This document shows, piece by piece, positions 10,038-20,915 of a stretch of 64,000 nt of DNA. Positions within the stretch are counted from its first letter, which is position 1; each line of letters begins with the position of its first letter. The stretch is from Pseudomonadota bacterium. Lineage in GTDB: Bacteria; Pseudomonadota; Gammaproteobacteria; Burkholderiales; Burkholderiaceae_C. The position numbers were made by a program, and so were the translations under genes. Location of the stretch: contig JAZKIY010000016.1 of the NCBI GenBank assembly GCA_040384665.1, positions 11,334 to 75,333 on the forward strand, in the 5' to 3' direction. The notes under the pieces are model-generated. The model was given only the letters and a program-made list of their open reading frames with translations, was not told the DNA's origin and made no database searches.

Positions 10038-10754
10038 TCAGCCGCCTTTCTTCATGGGCACCACGTTGGCAACGCCACTGGTGCTGACACGTGCACCGGT
10101 CACAAAGTAGGCATGCAGGTCATGGGCAAAGCGGTTCAGCTTGGACAGCACCGACTTGTTGCCACGCACCAGCGCGTTGTAGCCCAGCACGGCGGGGATG
10201 GCCACAGCCAGACCCAGTGCGGTCATGATCAATGCTTCGCCAATGGGGCCAGCCACCTTGTCGATGGTGGCCTGGCCGGCGGCACCAATGCCCAGCAGCG
10301 CGTGGTAAATGCCCCAGACCGTGCCAAACAGGCCAACAAAGGGGGCGGTAGAACCAACCGAAGCCAGAATGGCCAGGCCGGACTGCATCTTGGCGGTGAA
10401 CTCGTCAAGGTTGTTGCGCAGGCAGCGCGTCACCCAGTCGCTCACGTCCAGGCTGTCGTGCAGGTGGGCCTGGGTGTTGCGGTGGTGGCTGGTGGCTTCA
10501 CGCCCTTCGATGGCGAGCTGGTGGAACGGGTTGTCGGCGTCAGGGCCGAGCTGCTTCAGGCCGCTGGCGAAATCGGGGTTGTGCCAGAAGTCCTGTGCCC
10601 GGCTGGCCAGGCGCTTGTATTTCATCAGGTCCAGTGTCTTGATGATGATCACCATCCACGAGGCCAACGACATGGCCAGCAGCAGCAGAAAGACCGCCTT
10701 GGTGACCAGATCGCCCTGCGACCAGACGTTCAAAAGACCGAGTTGGGATTCCAT
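10038..10754 (-). CDS. exbB: MotA/TolQ/ExbB proton channel protein
   Basis: 238 aa. The GLFGTVWGIYHAL / GEALIMTALGLAVAIPAV region is typical of ExbB. Confidence 0.85.
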   Translation of the reverse strand: MESQLGLLNVWSQGDLVTKAVFLLLLAMSLASWMVIIIKTLDLMKYKRLASRAQDFWHNPDFASGLKQLGPDADNPFHQLAIEGREATSHHRNTQAHLHDSLDVSDWVTRCLRNNLDEFTAKMQSGLAILASVGSTAPFVGLFGTVWGIYHALLGIGAAGQATIDKVAGPIGEALIMTALGLAVAIPAVLGYNALVRGNKSVLSKLNRFAHDLHAYFVTGARVSTSGVANVVPMKKGG

Positions 10755-10769
10755 AGTTTCTCCAGAGAA

Positions 10770-11462
10770 TTATTCAAGAACAAAATTGATTGGCACGTCA
10801 AACCACATGGTTTCCGCAACGCCGGCACGTTTGCCGGGCACATAGCGCCAGCGCAGCACAGTGTTCAGGGCGGTCTGGTCCAAGCGGTCAAAACCGCTGG
10901 AGCGCTTGATCTCGCCTTTGTCCGCAGTGCCATTGACGTTGATCAAGACGCGGATGACCACCTTGCCTTGCTCGCCCAGCCGTTTGCTGACGGGTGGGTA
11001 GGGCGGTTTGGGGTTCTGCAGGTAGTCGGCATCGCTGGACGGCAGCTCCACTTTCGGGGGCGCGGGTGGTGCTGGCGGCGCAGCAACGGCCACTGGCGCC
11101 ACGGGCACCAACACCGGCGGCGCAGGGATCGGGTCCGCCACGCCGGTGGGTGCGGTGGGAGAGGGGGTTGGGTCTGGAATGGCTTGCAGCTGCGGTGGCG
11201 GAGATGCCTGAACCTTCTGCACCACCGGTTGTGGCTTGACCGGCACCGGTGCCGGTGGTGGTGGCACCACCTTGGGTGCGGGCGGTTCAATGAATTCGCT
11301 CAGGATGGCTGCCGGGACGATGATCTCGACAGCGCGGCGCAACAGGCCACTTTGCAGGGCCCACAGTGCGGCCACGTGGAAAACCACCACGCTCAGGGCG
11401 ATCACGGCGTTGCGGCTGAGGCCAGAGCTCGGCTGGGTTGGGGTAGGCAGGGTCATGGTCAT
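10770..11462 (-). CDS. tonB: energy transducer TonB
   Basis: N-terminal TM anchor, Pro-rich spacer (PPAPKVVPPPPAPVPVKPQP...), and a C-terminal TonB domain (GKVVIRVLINVNGTADKGEIKRSSG). Confidence 0.8.
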   Translation of the reverse strand: MTMTLPTPTQPSSGLSRNAVIALSVVVFHVAALWALQSGLLRRAVEIIVPAAILSEFIEPPAPKVVPPPPAPVPVKPQPVVQKVQASPPPQLQAIPDPTPSPTAPTGVADPIPAPPVLVPVAPVAVAAPPAPPAPPKVELPSSDADYLQNPKPPYPPVSKRLGEQGKVVIRVLINVNGTADKGEIKRSSGFDRLDQTALNTVLRWRYVPGKRAGVAETMWFDVPINFVLE

Positions 11463-11571
11463 GGGGGCGGGGAGAACATCGGACTATAGGCAACTGCAGC
11501 GACAAATGCCGTGCAGCATGAACACCGTGCCTAGCGGCGGAACACCCACCAGGCCGACAGCACAATGGCGA

Positions 11572-11832
11572 TCAGGCTACCGACAACGATGGCCAGGTAT
11601 TCCATGGTTCTCCGCCGGTGGAATCAGGGCTGTGTGCTGTGCCCTCGCGGCGCAGCGCGGCCAAGGGACAACCCCCACCACATTGCGCCACCACCTCGCG
11701 TGCACAGCCTTCGCACTGGCCACACTGGGTGGCAACGCCCAATTCAAACTGGATCTCGTCAAAGCCCATGCCAGCGCGGGCATGCCGGGCAATGTCGCGG
11801 TCAGAGACTCGGTGGCAGATGCAGATGATCAT
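11572..11832 (-). CDS. bfd: bacterioferritin-associated ferredoxin (BFD-like [2Fe-2S])
   Basis: MIICICHRVSDRDI...QCGQCEGC Cys pattern, starting from ATG 11832 within ORF 11572..11892. Confidence 0.75.
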   Translation of the reverse strand: MIICICHRVSDRDIARHARAGMGFDEIQFELGVATQCGQCEGCAREVVAQCGGGCPLAALRREGTAHSPDSTGGEPWNTWPSLSVA

Positions 11833-11919
11833 GGCGAAGTGCAATTGTGTTAACGCTATTATAAATGCGAACGGGTTGCATTTGCAATTCAATGGGGATT
11901 TTTTTAACGCTTTACCTGT

Positions 11920-13047
11920 TCAATCGCTGTCTGCGCGCCACAAGATGGCCTCGGTGGCGTCGGCCAATGTGGCGCAGCCGCACAGCGCCATGGCGATTTC
12001 CAGTTCATCCCGGAGCAAACGCAGCACGTGGGCAACGCCCACCGCACCGGCATTCGCCAGTCCATAGACATACGGCCTTCCCACCAACACGGCCGTGGCG
12101 CCGAGGGCGACCGCCTTCAGCACGTCTGTGCCCCGGCGGATGCCGCCATCCACCAGCAAGGGCAGGGTGCCCTGCAAGGCATCGGCCACGCGGGGCAGCA
12201 CGGCCGCGGTGGCCGGGCTGGTGTCCAGCGTGCGGCCTCCGTGGTTGGAGACCACCAGCGCGGCCACACCGCGCTGTGCAGCCTCTTTGGCATCGTCGGG
12301 GTGCATCACGCCTTTCAGAACGATGGGCAGACGCGTCACCCCTTGGAGCCATTCCAGGTCTTCCCAGGTGGCGGCATGGCGGAGCAGGCCGTCAAACAGC
12401 GCGCTTTGGTGGTGTTGCAAAGAAAGCGCAGGCGCAGGTGGCATGCCGGCCAGGTTGACCGCACTGACGCCGGCCGGCAAACGAAAGCCCACCCGGCGTT
12501 CCCGGTCGCGGGCCCCATGGGTGGGCGCGTCCACGGTGAGCACCAGGGCCTCATAACCGCCACGCTCGGCACGCGCCACCAGTTCCCGGGTAAATCCTCG
12601 GTCGTGCTGCAGGTACAACTGGAACCACAGCGGCCCACGCCCTGGTTCGTGCAGCACGGCTTCTGCCACCGCTTCCAGTGCGACGCTGGCTTGGGTGCTG
12701 AGGACCATGCCGGCGCCCAGAGCCGCAGCGGCGTGGGCACAGGCCAATTCACCGTCGGGGTGCGCCATCCGCTGGTAGGCCACCGGCGCCAGCAGGATGG
12801 GGTGCTGCAAGGCATGGCCCAGCAAATGGGTGCGTGTGTGGCCGCCAGCCAGTGGGCGCAACACGCGCGGTTGCAGTTGCAGGGCGTCCCAGGTGTTGCG
12901 GTTGGCACGGAGGGTGATTTCATCGCCAGCCCCACCCGAAAAGTAGGCCCAGGCGTTGTCATCCATCACGCTGCGGGCATGCTGCTCATGGTCTGCCAGC
13001 GTCACCACCCCAGGGGGGATCGTGGCCAACTGGGGCGCCTGGCTCAT
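11920..13047 (-). CDS. FMN-dependent alpha-hydroxy acid dehydrogenase/oxidase (LldD/glycolate oxidase family)
   Basis: [18 protein letters not shown] and [17 protein letters not shown] motifs. ATG 13047 overlaps the piuC stop (ATGA). Confidence 0.8.
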   Translation of the reverse strand: MSQAPQLATIPPGVVTLADHEQHARSVMDDNAWAYFSGGAGDEITLRANRNTWDALQLQPRVLRPLAGGHTRTHLLGHALQHPILLAPVAYQRMAHPDGELACAHAAAALGAGMVLSTQASVALEAVAEAVLHEPGRGPLWFQLYLQHDRGFTRELVARAERGGYEALVLTVDAPTHGARDRERRVGFRLPAGVSAVNLAGMPPAPALSLQHHQSALFDGLLRHAATWEDLEWLQGVTRLPIVLKGVMHPDDAKEAAQRGVAALVVSNHGGRTLDTSPATAAVLPRVADALQGTLPLLVDGGIRRGTDVLKAVALGATAVLVGRPYVYGLANAGAVGVAHVLRLLRDELEIAMALCGCATLADATEAILWRADSD

Positions 13048-13727
13048 GTGTCGGCCCACATCCGCAAGAGGTTGTGGTAATTACCAGTCAAGGCCACCGT
13101 GGCTGCGTTTTCACCATGTTCTGCGCGCAGTTGCAGCAAGGCCGTGTCCATGTCAAACAGCAGCTGGCGTTGCGCGTCGCTGCGCACCATGCTCTCAACC
13201 CAGAAGAAGCACGCCAGGCGCTCGCCGCGCGTGACCGGTGTGACCTGGTGCACCCGGTTGGCGGGGTACAGCAGCAGGTGACCTGCCGGGAGTTTGAAAC
13301 GCTGGGGGGCTGGCGTGTCCTGAATCACCAGTTCGCCTCCGTCATAGCTCTGTGGGTCTGACAGGAACAGCGTGCACGACAGGTCTGTGCGTACTTTCTG
13401 GCCGTTGTCGGGCTGGTAACGGACGGCGCTGTCCACATGGTCGCCGTAGTGGTTGCTGTTGCCGCCGTAGCGGTTGAACTGCGGTGCCAGCACACGCTTG
13501 GGCAGACAGGCCGAGAAAAATGCCAATTGGCGGTCCAGCGCCGCGAGCACCAGGGGGCGCAGTGCCCGCGCGGCATCACACGTGTGTGGCAACTGCTCGT
13601 TGTTCTTGACCAGTACCGCCTGGCTGCCGGCGCTGGCCCGACCATCGGACCACGGCGCCGTGGCCAGCAGGCGACGGGCTTGTTGAAGCTCGTCAGGGGT
13701 GAGTACGTCAGGAACTTTCAGCAGCAT
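13044..13727 (-). CDS. piuC: Fe(II)/2-oxoglutarate-dependent PKHD-type hydroxylase (PiuC/YbiX family)
   Basis: [22 protein letters not shown]-terminus and HYGDHVD iron-binding motif. Sits downstream of the TonB-dependent receptor. Confidence 0.8.
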   Translation of the reverse strand: MLLKVPDVLTPDELQQARRLLATAPWSDGRASAGSQAVLVKNNEQLPHTCDAARALRPLVLAALDRQLAFFSACLPKRVLAPQFNRYGGNSNHYGDHVDSAVRYQPDNGQKVRTDLSCTLFLSDPQSYDGGELVIQDTPAPQRFKLPAGHLLLYPANRVHQVTPVTRGERLACFFWVESMVRSDAQRQLLFDMDTALLQLRAEHGENAATVALTGNYHNLLRMWADT

Positions 13728-13800
13728 GGGCAGGATTGTGTCGCTAAAAAGGAAAAGCCGATCCCACGCATGGGATCGGCTTGCAGAAGGATGGCAGTTC

Positions 13801-16221
13801 TTAGAACTTGGCTGACAGGCTCACGTACAGCAGGCGACCGGCACCAGGGATGTAGTGGCCACGGTACAGAGACTCGCCATACAGTTTGTTGGTGATGTTG
13901 CTCAGGGTGGCCTTCACCAGGAACTTCTCGTTGATTTTGTATTCGGCCAGCAAATCGGCCGTGACAAAACCGGGCACCTCAAAGATAGGGGCCGTCACAT
14001 CGGCGGGTGCCTGGCTGCTGCGCAGGTTCAGGCCACCGCCAAAGCGCCACTGCGGCGTGACCTGGTAAGTGCTGAAAACCGTGCCGCTGTGCTTGGGGCT
14101 CAGGCCAGGGCGGTCACCCACACGGTTGCCAACGGTGTTGACGTTGGACGCAGCGTTGTCGACCACGGCAATGGGCAGCCAGGTGTACGAGGCGAAGATT
14201 TCCCACTTCGGTGTTGGGCGGCCAGACAGGTCGATTTCAAAGCCAGTGGCGTGGCGCTTGCCAGACAGCAGCAAACGGGTGGCTGCTGTGTCCGGATCGG
14301 TGTTCCGTTCATTGGTTTTGGTGGTGCGGAAAATCGCCAGACGGGTGGTGAAACGTTTGTCGGCCGAGTCCAACTTGGCACCGAATTCGATGTTTTCGCT
14401 TTGTTCCGGTGGCGTGTTGGCGCTCAATGCGTTGTACGAGTAGGTGTCACCCGAGGTGTTGAACGAGGTACCGTACGAGAAGTGGAACGAGTCCAGATCG
14501 TTGGGTTGGTACAGAACGCCAACACGTTTGCTCACCTCGGAGATTTTTTGGCGGAAAGTGGTCGTTGTGGTGGGGCCTGCCGCGTTGTTGGGAATGGCGA
14601 AGTTGTCGTAGACGCCGTCCAGATGGTCATAACGCAGGCCGCCGAGCAACTTCCAGTGGGGGGCGACTTGCACCAGATCCTGGGCATAGATGCCGACGTT
14701 CTTGGCGGTGAATTCATTGCCAACCCGGAATATGCGCGCGCCTTCATTGATGGAAGCGCCATCGTTGGGTGTGCCGGCCGTGGTGGGTGGTTTGACAAGG
14801 TCTACACCGCCTTGTGCGGCGCTTCTGGCGGCGTACACCGTCTTCTCTTCCTGCGCAAAGTCAACACCCGTCTGCAGCGTGTGCTTGACGCCGAGCGCGT
14901 CAAACTTGGTGCTCAGGTCAGACTGCGCGTGGATGGTTTTGAAGTCCTGAACCTTGAGTTGGGTGCCCCGCGTGAGGACCGTGTTCGGACCGAAGTTGGT
15001 GAGGTCAACGGCGGCCGGGTTGCGAATCGTGCCCGTGGTGCCGGCAAAACGCACGGTACCGGCACGCTGGTCGCGTTCGAAGTCGCCAACACGGACCTGG
15101 CTGACCAATTCACTGCCATTGCCAAAGCGGTGGGTGTGGCTGAAACGGGCCACCTTGGCACCGCCTGCGCTGTAGTCGCTGGCCATACCGAAGTAGGCGT
15201 CGGGTGCCAGGCTGCCGATGAGGGTGTTGGTTGATTGCGAGTCTGTGGCCCGTGGACGGATGTACGGAATGCCGTAGTTCATGCCGTTGTTGTTGTCCAG
15301 GTAGTACAGGCTGGCCAGGAATTCGTCCGAGGTGCCAATGCCCCAGCGGTACGACAGGGCCAAGCCGCCTTTGTCCAGACTGCTGCCGCTGCCGTTGTTG
15401 TCGGCCTTGGTGCGCATCGCGGTGATGCGCAAACCGGCGTCCGGGTTGGTGTTGATGTTGAAGTCACCCACGATGCGCCGGTACTGGTGGCTGCCGATGG
15501 TGGTGGTGATTTCGTTCTCGTTGATCGCACGTGGAATTTTGCTGACCTGGTTGACCGCACCACCGGTGGAGCCCCGGCCGAACAGCAGCGAAGCCGAGCC
15601 GCGCAGCACCTCAACGCGGTCCAGGTTGAACGTGTCGCGGTCGTAGAAGGCGGGGTCACGCACGCCATCCAGAAAAATGTCACCGGTGCCGGCGAGCGAG
15701 AAGCCGCGCAGGCGAATGTCTTCCTCACCGCCTTCGGCTGCGAGGAAGGTCACGCCGGAAGTCTGGCGCAGGGCGTCCTTGACGGTGTCCAGGTTGCGGT
15801 CGCTGATCAGCTTTTCGGTGACCACGGTGATCGACTGTGGAATGTCACGCAGTTCCTGTTTGCCCTTGCCAATCGTGGTGGTGGTGGCGCGCACCGAGTC
15901 TTTGCCTTGCGCTTCTTCGCGCTTGTCGGTCACGGTGACCTGTTTCAGGGTTTGGCCTTCTGCAGGGGCCGCAGCTGGTTTGGGCGCTGCAGGATTCACA
16001 GTTGCTTGTGCCAGGAGGGTGGTGCTGTCTGCAGCCGGGCTGGCCGTTTCCGTGGGGGCGGCTGCTGTGCTGTCGTCGGCAGTCTGTGCCCAACCGGACA
16101 CCGATGCGGCCAGCATCAGCGCGCTCAAGGGAAGCCGTGCGAAGCCGGCAGCAGACGGTGAACTGTGGTTGGATGGAAATTGTTTTTTTGCCAAAATGGC
16201 CTCCGTTTGATGGCGAGCCAT
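13801..16221 (-). CDS. TonB-dependent siderophore (catecholate-type) outer membrane receptor
   Basis: 806 aa. Signal peptide ...[13 protein letters not shown], plug domain ([26 protein letters not shown]), beta-barrel, and terminal F. Confidence 0.85.
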   Translation of the reverse strand: MARHQTEAILAKKQFPSNHSSPSAAGFARLPLSALMLAASVSGWAQTADDSTAAAPTETASPAADSTTLLAQATVNPAAPKPAAAPAEGQTLKQVTVTDKREEAQGKDSVRATTTTIGKGKQELRDIPQSITVVTEKLISDRNLDTVKDALRQTSGVTFLAAEGGEEDIRLRGFSLAGTGDIFLDGVRDPAFYDRDTFNLDRVEVLRGSASLLFGRGSTGGAVNQVSKIPRAINENEITTTIGSHQYRRIVGDFNINTNPDAGLRITAMRTKADNNGSGSSLDKGGLALSYRWGIGTSDEFLASLYYLDNNNGMNYGIPYIRPRATDSQSTNTLIGSLAPDAYFGMASDYSAGGAKVARFSHTHRFGNGSELVSQVRVGDFERDQRAGTVRFAGTTGTIRNPAAVDLTNFGPNTVLTRGTQLKVQDFKTIHAQSDLSTKFDALGVKHTLQTGVDFAQEEKTVYAARSAAQGGVDLVKPPTTAGTPNDGASINEGARIFRVGNEFTAKNVGIYAQDLVQVAPHWKLLGGLRYDHLDGVYDNFAIPNNAAGPTTTTTFRQKISEVSKRVGVLYQPNDLDSFHFSYGTSFNTSGDTYSYNALSANTPPEQSENIEFGAKLDSADKRFTTRLAIFRTTKTNERNTDPDTAATRLLLSGKRHATGFEIDLSGRPTPKWEIFASYTWLPIAVVDNAASNVNTVGNRVGDRPGLSPKHSGTVFSTYQVTPQWRFGGGLNLRSSQAPADVTAPIFEVPGFVTADLLAEYKINEKFLVKATLSNITNKLYGESLYRGHYIPGAGRLLYVSLSAKF

Positions 16222-16311
16222 GGGTGGCTCGATTGTTGTCAGAGGCTGGCTGGGGCGCCCAAAGAGGGCGCAGAAATGGCTTGCGACTGCGTTGGCCGCG
16301 AGCTTAAATCA

Positions 16312-16330
16312 AATAAGAACGATTCTTGTC
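16312..16330. promoter_or_regulatory. candidate Fur box upstream of the receptor operon
   Basis: aataagaacgattcttgtc has an internal palindrome aagaa-cga-ttctt and roughly 11-12/19 matches to the Fur consensus. It lies ~90 nt upstream of the receptor ATG. Confidence 0.5.
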
Positions 16331-16351
16331 AAGATTCGTACTTTTTGCGAG

Positions 16352-16381
16352 GCGTCGTTGGTTTTTTACAACCAACGACGC
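16352..16381. terminator. 12-bp stem-loop after the aminotransferase gene
   Basis: gcgtcgttggtt-ttttac-aaccaacgacgc, located 8 nt beyond the stop at 16389. No clear U-run on the minus-strand transcript. Confidence 0.45.
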
Positions 16382-16388
16382 AGGGGGC

Positions 16389-17585
16389 TCAGACGACTTT
16401 GGCGATGGACGCGCAGACGTGGTCGATGTTTTTGCTGTTCAGCGCGGCGACGCACATGCGGCCGGTGTCGGTGCCGTACACGCCGAACTCGCTGCGCAGG
16501 CGCACCATCTGGTCCTTGGAGAGGCCCGAGTAGCTGAACATGCCGATCTGGGTGGTGATGAAGGACATGTCCTGCTTCACGCCAGCGGCCTTCAGGCCGT
16601 CGACCAGCTTCTGGCGCATGGCCTTGATGCGCACGCGCATCTCACCCAGCTCTTTTTCCCACAGCGTGCGCAGCGCGGAGTCGTTCAACACAGCGGCCAC
16701 CACAGCACCGCCGTGGGTGGGCGGGTTGCTGTAGTTGGTGCGGATCACAATCTTCAGCTGGCTCAGCACGCGGCCGGCTTCTTCCTGGTTGTCGCACAAC
16801 ACGCTCAGTGCGCCGACGCGCTCACCGTACAGGCTGAAACTCTTGCTGAAGCTGGTGGACACAAAAAAGCTCAGGCCGGCAGCGACGAATTTGGCGATCA
16901 CGGCGCCGTCTTCGGCAATCCCGTGGCCAAAGCCCTGGTAAGCCATGTCGAGGAAAGCCACCAACTGCTTGCTTTTGACTGCCGCGACCACTTGGTCCCA
17001 TTGCGCAGCGGTGATGTCGTAGCCGGTGGGGTTGTGGCAGCAGGCGTGCAACACCACGATGGTGCCTGCGGGTGCCGCATTCAACGCGCCGAGCATGCCG
17101 TCGAAATTCACGCCACGGGCCACAGCGTCGTAGTACGGGTAGGTGTCGACTGCAAAGCCGGCGTTGGTGAACAGCGCGCGGTGGTTTTCCCAGCTCGGGT
17201 CGCTGATCAGCACGGTGGCGTTGGGGTTCAGGCGTTTCAGAAAATCGGCGCCCACCTTCAGGCCACCGGTACCGCCAATCGCCTGGATGGTGGCCACGCG
17301 ACCCGACTTGACGGGCTCGCTGTCGGTGCCGAACACGAGGCCCTTGACGGCCGCGTCGTACGCCGCAATGCCGTCGATGGGCAGGTAGCCGCGCGCCTTG
17401 GGCGATGCCATCATGGCTTTTTCAGCGGCTTGCACGCATTCGAGCAGGGGCAGCTTGCCGTTGTCGTCGTAATAAACACCCACACCGAGGTTGACCTTGG
17501 CCGGGTTGTTGTCGGCGTTGAACTGCTCGTTGAGACCCAGAATTGGGTCGCGCGGGGCCATTTCGACGGCGGTGAAGAGAGACAT
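16389..17585 (-). CDS. class I aspartate/aromatic amino acid aminotransferase (AspC/TyrB type)
   Basis: ATG 17585 within ORF 16389..17735. MSLFTAVEMAPRDPILGL N-terminus and PLP-lysine motif SFSKSFSLYGERVG. Confidence 0.85.
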   Translation of the reverse strand: MSLFTAVEMAPRDPILGLNEQFNADNNPAKVNLGVGVYYDDNGKLPLLECVQAAEKAMMASPKARGYLPIDGIAAYDAAVKGLVFGTDSEPVKSGRVATIQAIGGTGGLKVGADFLKRLNPNATVLISDPSWENHRALFTNAGFAVDTYPYYDAVARGVNFDGMLGALNAAPAGTIVVLHACCHNPTGYDITAAQWDQVVAAVKSKQLVAFLDMAYQGFGHGIAEDGAVIAKFVAAGLSFFVSTSFSKSFSLYGERVGALSVLCDNQEEAGRVLSQLKIVIRTNYSNPPTHGGAVVAAVLNDSALRTLWEKELGEMRVRIKAMRQKLVDGLKAAGVKQDMSFITTQIGMFSYSGLSKDQMVRLRSEFGVYGTDTGRMCVAALNSKNIDHVCASIAKVV

Positions 17586-17701
17586 GGAGAGTCCTTGGCA
17601 GGTGGTTGTATGGGGCGCGGGCCGGTGCCCAAGCGCATGGTCCGAAGGTGTTGTACGCTGTCGGGTTGGCCCAATTTTAAGGGTTGTCCCGAGGTAGCCC
17701 C

Positions 17702-19819
17702 ATGTCTGAGATCGCAGAAACCATCCCTGAGCCACGGCAAGGCGAATTCGTCAGCTACCCGGACTCGCCGTTCGAGCTGTACCAGCCGTACCCGCCTGCC
17801 GGTGACCAGCCGGTGGCAATCGCCAAATTGGTCGAAGGCCTGCGCGACGGCGAGGTGTTCCAGACACTGTTGGGGGTGACCGGCTCCGGCAAGACCTTCA
17901 CCATGGCCAACGTCATTGCCCAGATGGGGCGGCCCGCGATTGTGTTTGCGCCCAACAAGACCCTGGCCGCGCAGTTGTACAGCGAATTCCGCGAGTTTTT
18001 CCCGAAGAACGCAGTGGAGTACTTCGTCAGCTATTACGACTACTACCAGCCGGAGGCCTATGTGCCGCAGCGCGACCTGTTCATCGAGAAAGACTCGGCG
18101 ATCAACGAGCACATCGAGCAGATGCGCTTGAGTTGTACCAAAAGCGTGATCGAGCGGCGCGACGTGATCATCGTGGCCACCGTGTCGGCCATCTACGGCA
18201 TCGGTGAGCCCGAGAGCTACCACCGCATGGTGATGACGCTGCGGGTGGGTGACCAGATTGGCCAGCGCGACCTCATCGCCCAGTTGATCCGCATGCAGTA
18301 CCAGCGCAATGAACAAGATTTCTCGCGCGGCAAATTCCGCGTGCGTGGTGACACGATTGACGTGTTCCCCGCCGAGCACTCAGAGTTGGCGATCCGCATC
18401 GAGCTGTTTGACACCGAGATCGAGAGCCTGCAGCTGTTTGACCCGCTGACGGGCCGCATCCGGCAGAAAATCCCGCGTTTCACGGTGTATCCGTCGAGCC
18501 ACTACGTGACGCCGCGCGACCGGGTGTTGGTGGCGGTGGAAACGATCAAGGTGGAATTGGCCGAACGCCTGAAAGAGCTGGTGGGCATGGGCAAATTGGT
18601 AGAGGCGCAACGGCTGGAACAACGCACCCGTTTCGACCTTGAGATGCTGAGCGAAATTGGCCACTGCAAAGGCATTGAGAACTACACCCGGCATTTGTCG
18701 GGTGCGGCGCCGGGCAGCCCGCCGTCCACCCTGACCGACTACCTGCCCAAAGACGCGCTGATGTTCCTGGACGAGTCGCACGTGCTGATTGGTCAGCTCG
18801 GTGGGATGTACAACGGGGACCGCGCGCGCAAGACCACATTGGTGGAATACGGTTTTCGCCTGCCGAGTGCGCTGGACAACCGGCCGCTCAAATTCGAGGA
18901 GTTTGAAACCAAGGTCCGGCAGGCGGTGTTTGTGTCGGCCACACCGGCGGCGTATGAGAAAGAACACGCCGGGCAAGTGGTGGAGCAGGTGGTGCGGCCC
19001 ACGGGGTTGGTGGACCCGGAGGTCGAGGTACGCCCCGCGACCCACCAGGTGGACGATGTGCTGCAGGAAATTCGCATCCGGGTCGAGAAAAATGAGCGGG
19101 TCTTGATCACCACGTTGACCAAGCGCATGGCCGAGCAACTGACCGACTACCTGGGCGACAACGGCGTCAAGGTGCGCTACCTGCACAGCGATGTGGACAC
19201 GGTGGAGCGGGTAGAGATCCTGCGTGACCTGCGTTTGGGAGCCTTCGACGTGCTGGTGGGTATTAACCTGCTGCGCGAGGGCCTGGACATTCCAGAGGTC
19301 AGTCTGGTGGCCATCCTGGATGCAGACAAAGAAGGGTTTCTGCGCTCCGAGCGCTCGCTGATCCAGACCATTGGGCGCGCTGCCCGCAACCTGAACGGGC
19401 GGGCGATTTTGTATGCGGACCGCATCACCGACTCGATGAAACTTGCCATCGGTGAAACCGAGCGCCGCCGCACCAAGCAGGTGGCGCACAACCTGGCCAT
19501 GGGCATCACGCCGCGCAGCATTGTGAAGCAGGTGCGCGACCTGATCGACGGGGTCTACAGCGAAAAAGCGGGGCGTGAGGCCGAACGGCTGGAACAGGCG
19601 GCCGTGCAGCGCGCCCGGGTGGAGGACATGAGCGAGAAAGACGTGTCGCGTGAAATCAAGCGCCTGGAAAAACAGATGCTGGAACACGCACGCAACCTCG
19701 AATTCGAGAAGGCGGCCCGCGTTCGGGACCAGTTGGCCCTGCTGAAAGAGCAGGCTTTTGGCGCGCCGGGGACCGACAACATCGCCCCGTCGGTGCCAAC
19801 CGGCCAGCCTGGGCGATGA
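17702..19819 (+). CDS. uvrB: excinuclease ABC subunit B
   Basis: [15 protein letters not shown] Walker A, helicase motifs, and a C-terminal UVR domain ([17 protein letters not shown]). Confidence 0.95.
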   Translation: MSEIAETIPEPRQGEFVSYPDSPFELYQPYPPAGDQPVAIAKLVEGLRDGEVFQTLLGVTGSGKTFTMANVIAQMGRPAIVFAPNKTLAAQLYSEFREFFPKNAVEYFVSYYDYYQPEAYVPQRDLFIEKDSAINEHIEQMRLSCTKSVIERRDVIIVATVSAIYGIGEPESYHRMVMTLRVGDQIGQRDLIAQLIRMQYQRNEQDFSRGKFRVRGDTIDVFPAEHSELAIRIELFDTEIESLQLFDPLTGRIRQKIPRFTVYPSSHYVTPRDRVLVAVETIKVELAERLKELVGMGKLVEAQRLEQRTRFDLEMLSEIGHCKGIENYTRHLSGAAPGSPPSTLTDYLPKDALMFLDESHVLIGQLGGMYNGDRARKTTLVEYGFRLPSALDNRPLKFEEFETKVRQAVFVSATPAAYEKEHAGQVVEQVVRPTGLVDPEVEVRPATHQVDDVLQEIRIRVEKNERVLITTLTKRMAEQLTDYLGDNGVKVRYLHSDVDTVERVEILRDLRLGAFDVLVGINLLREGLDIPEVSLVAILDADKEGFLRSERSLIQTIGRAARNLNGRAILYADRITDSMKLAIGETERRRTKQVAHNLAMGITPRSIVKQVRDLIDGVYSEKAGREAERLEQAAVQRARVEDMSEKDVSREIKRLEKQMLEHARNLEFEKAARVRDQLALLKEQAFGAPGTDNIAPSVPTGQPGR

Positions 19820-20133
19820 ATTTGGCTGGGCTGTTCGGTTATTTGTCCACCAATGATGGTTGGACAAGTTGTGTTCGGTGACCCTTGTTTTTCTGAAAGA
19901 ATACGCCTTGATTTTTGTTGAATTGGGCCGATAACTGGACTGTTTTAGTCCGGTTTGAACTTAAGCCGAGGTTTTGGCTCAATCAAGCAACCACTGGTAC
20001 GAAGACTGACTGCTTCATGGAAATGCGGTGGTGTCTCCCAACAAGGCTGTTCGCTGGTATGGGGTGAGGAGGGGTTTGGAGTGGTTTATTTGTTCGAGAC
20101 TGTCTTGGACAAATCTGCGACTTATCGGTACAG

Positions 20134-20188
20134 TTACTTGACTGATTTGTTTGGTCTTGTGCTATACTTGACTCCGTTACTCAACAAC
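20134..20188. promoter_or_regulatory. two candidate IscR type-1 half-conserved operators
   Basis: ttaCTTGACTgattt... (20134) and atACTTGACTccgttACTCaac (20164) both match the left half of ATAsyyGACTrwwwyAGTCrrsTAT. They lie ~140-195 nt upstream of iscR. Confidence 0.35.
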
Positions 20189-20328
20189 CAAGCTGTCGGG
20201 TGTTTGACCGCAAATACCTGATGACCGCCAGCGCGAATCTCTTGTCAGGTCCGTACAGGGTAGTGCTTCAGGGCTCACAAAGCCGGGAGCGTTTTCAAGG
20301 TTCACAAGCACAACATAAGGAGCTTGCC

Positions 20329-20865
20329 ATGCGTCTCACAACCAAAGGCCGATTTGCGGTCACAGCCATGATTGATCTGGCCCTGCGCCAGAATTCGGGC
20401 CCTGTGACCTTGGCCGCCATCAGCCAGCGCCAGCAAATCTCCTTGTCCTACCTGGAGCAACTGTTCGGCAAGCTGCGCCGCCACGAACTGGTCGAATCGA
20501 CCCGTGGCCCTGGCGGCGGCTACACCCTGGGCCGCAAAGCGGCCGAGATCACCGTGGCCGACATCATCGTCTCAGTGGACGAACCCATTGACGCGACGCA
20601 GTGTGGCGGCAAGGAAAACTGCCTGGGTGAAGCCGGCCGTTGTATGACGCACGAACTCTGGGCGGCGCTCAACACGCGCATGGTCGAGTTCCTCGACTCC
20701 GTGTCGTTGCAAAAGCTGGTGGACGAGCAAATTGCCAAGGGTGTGCAGATCGAGGACAAGCCCACGGTCAAGCGCGCCATTTCCAGCATGCCAGTTGTCA
20801 AGCCAATTCGCGTGAACGCGCCGAATTCGGTGTTTGCGCTCGGCAACGTTTTCGCCAAATCCTGA
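20329..20865 (+). CDS. iscR: Fe-S cluster assembly transcriptional regulator IscR (Rrf2 family)
   Basis: ATG 20329 after [25 protein letters not shown]-terminus and Cys ligands in [20 protein letters not shown]. Confidence 0.9.
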   Translation: MRLTTKGRFAVTAMIDLALRQNSGPVTLAAISQRQQISLSYLEQLFGKLRRHELVESTRGPGGGYTLGRKAAEITVADIIVSVDEPIDATQCGGKENCLGEAGRCMTHELWAALNTRMVEFLDSVSLQKLVDEQIAKGVQIEDKPTVKRAISSMPVVKPIRVNAPNSVFALGNVFAKS

Positions 20866-20915
20866 CGCGGCCCAATCCGTTTTTTGCCAGCCCGTCGTTC
20901 TGTACAGAGCCAGCC

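Noticed and set aside
10940-11300. Pro/Ala-rich repetitive DNA in tonB (and the similar AP-rich stretch at 32630-32770), considered as tandem repeats
   Set aside because: These are low-complexity coding regions for the TonB Pro-rich spacer and the lipoprotein tail. I could not trace an exact tandem DNA unit.
16326-17879. 517-aa plus-strand ORF
   Set aside because: It is antisense to the aminotransferase gene and runs into uvrB. It has no motifs.
19955-20221. 88-aa ORF in the uvrB-iscR spacer
   Set aside because: It has a TTG start and no RBS, its composition is atypical of genes here, and it overlaps the candidate IscR operators. It is more likely non-coding leader sequence.
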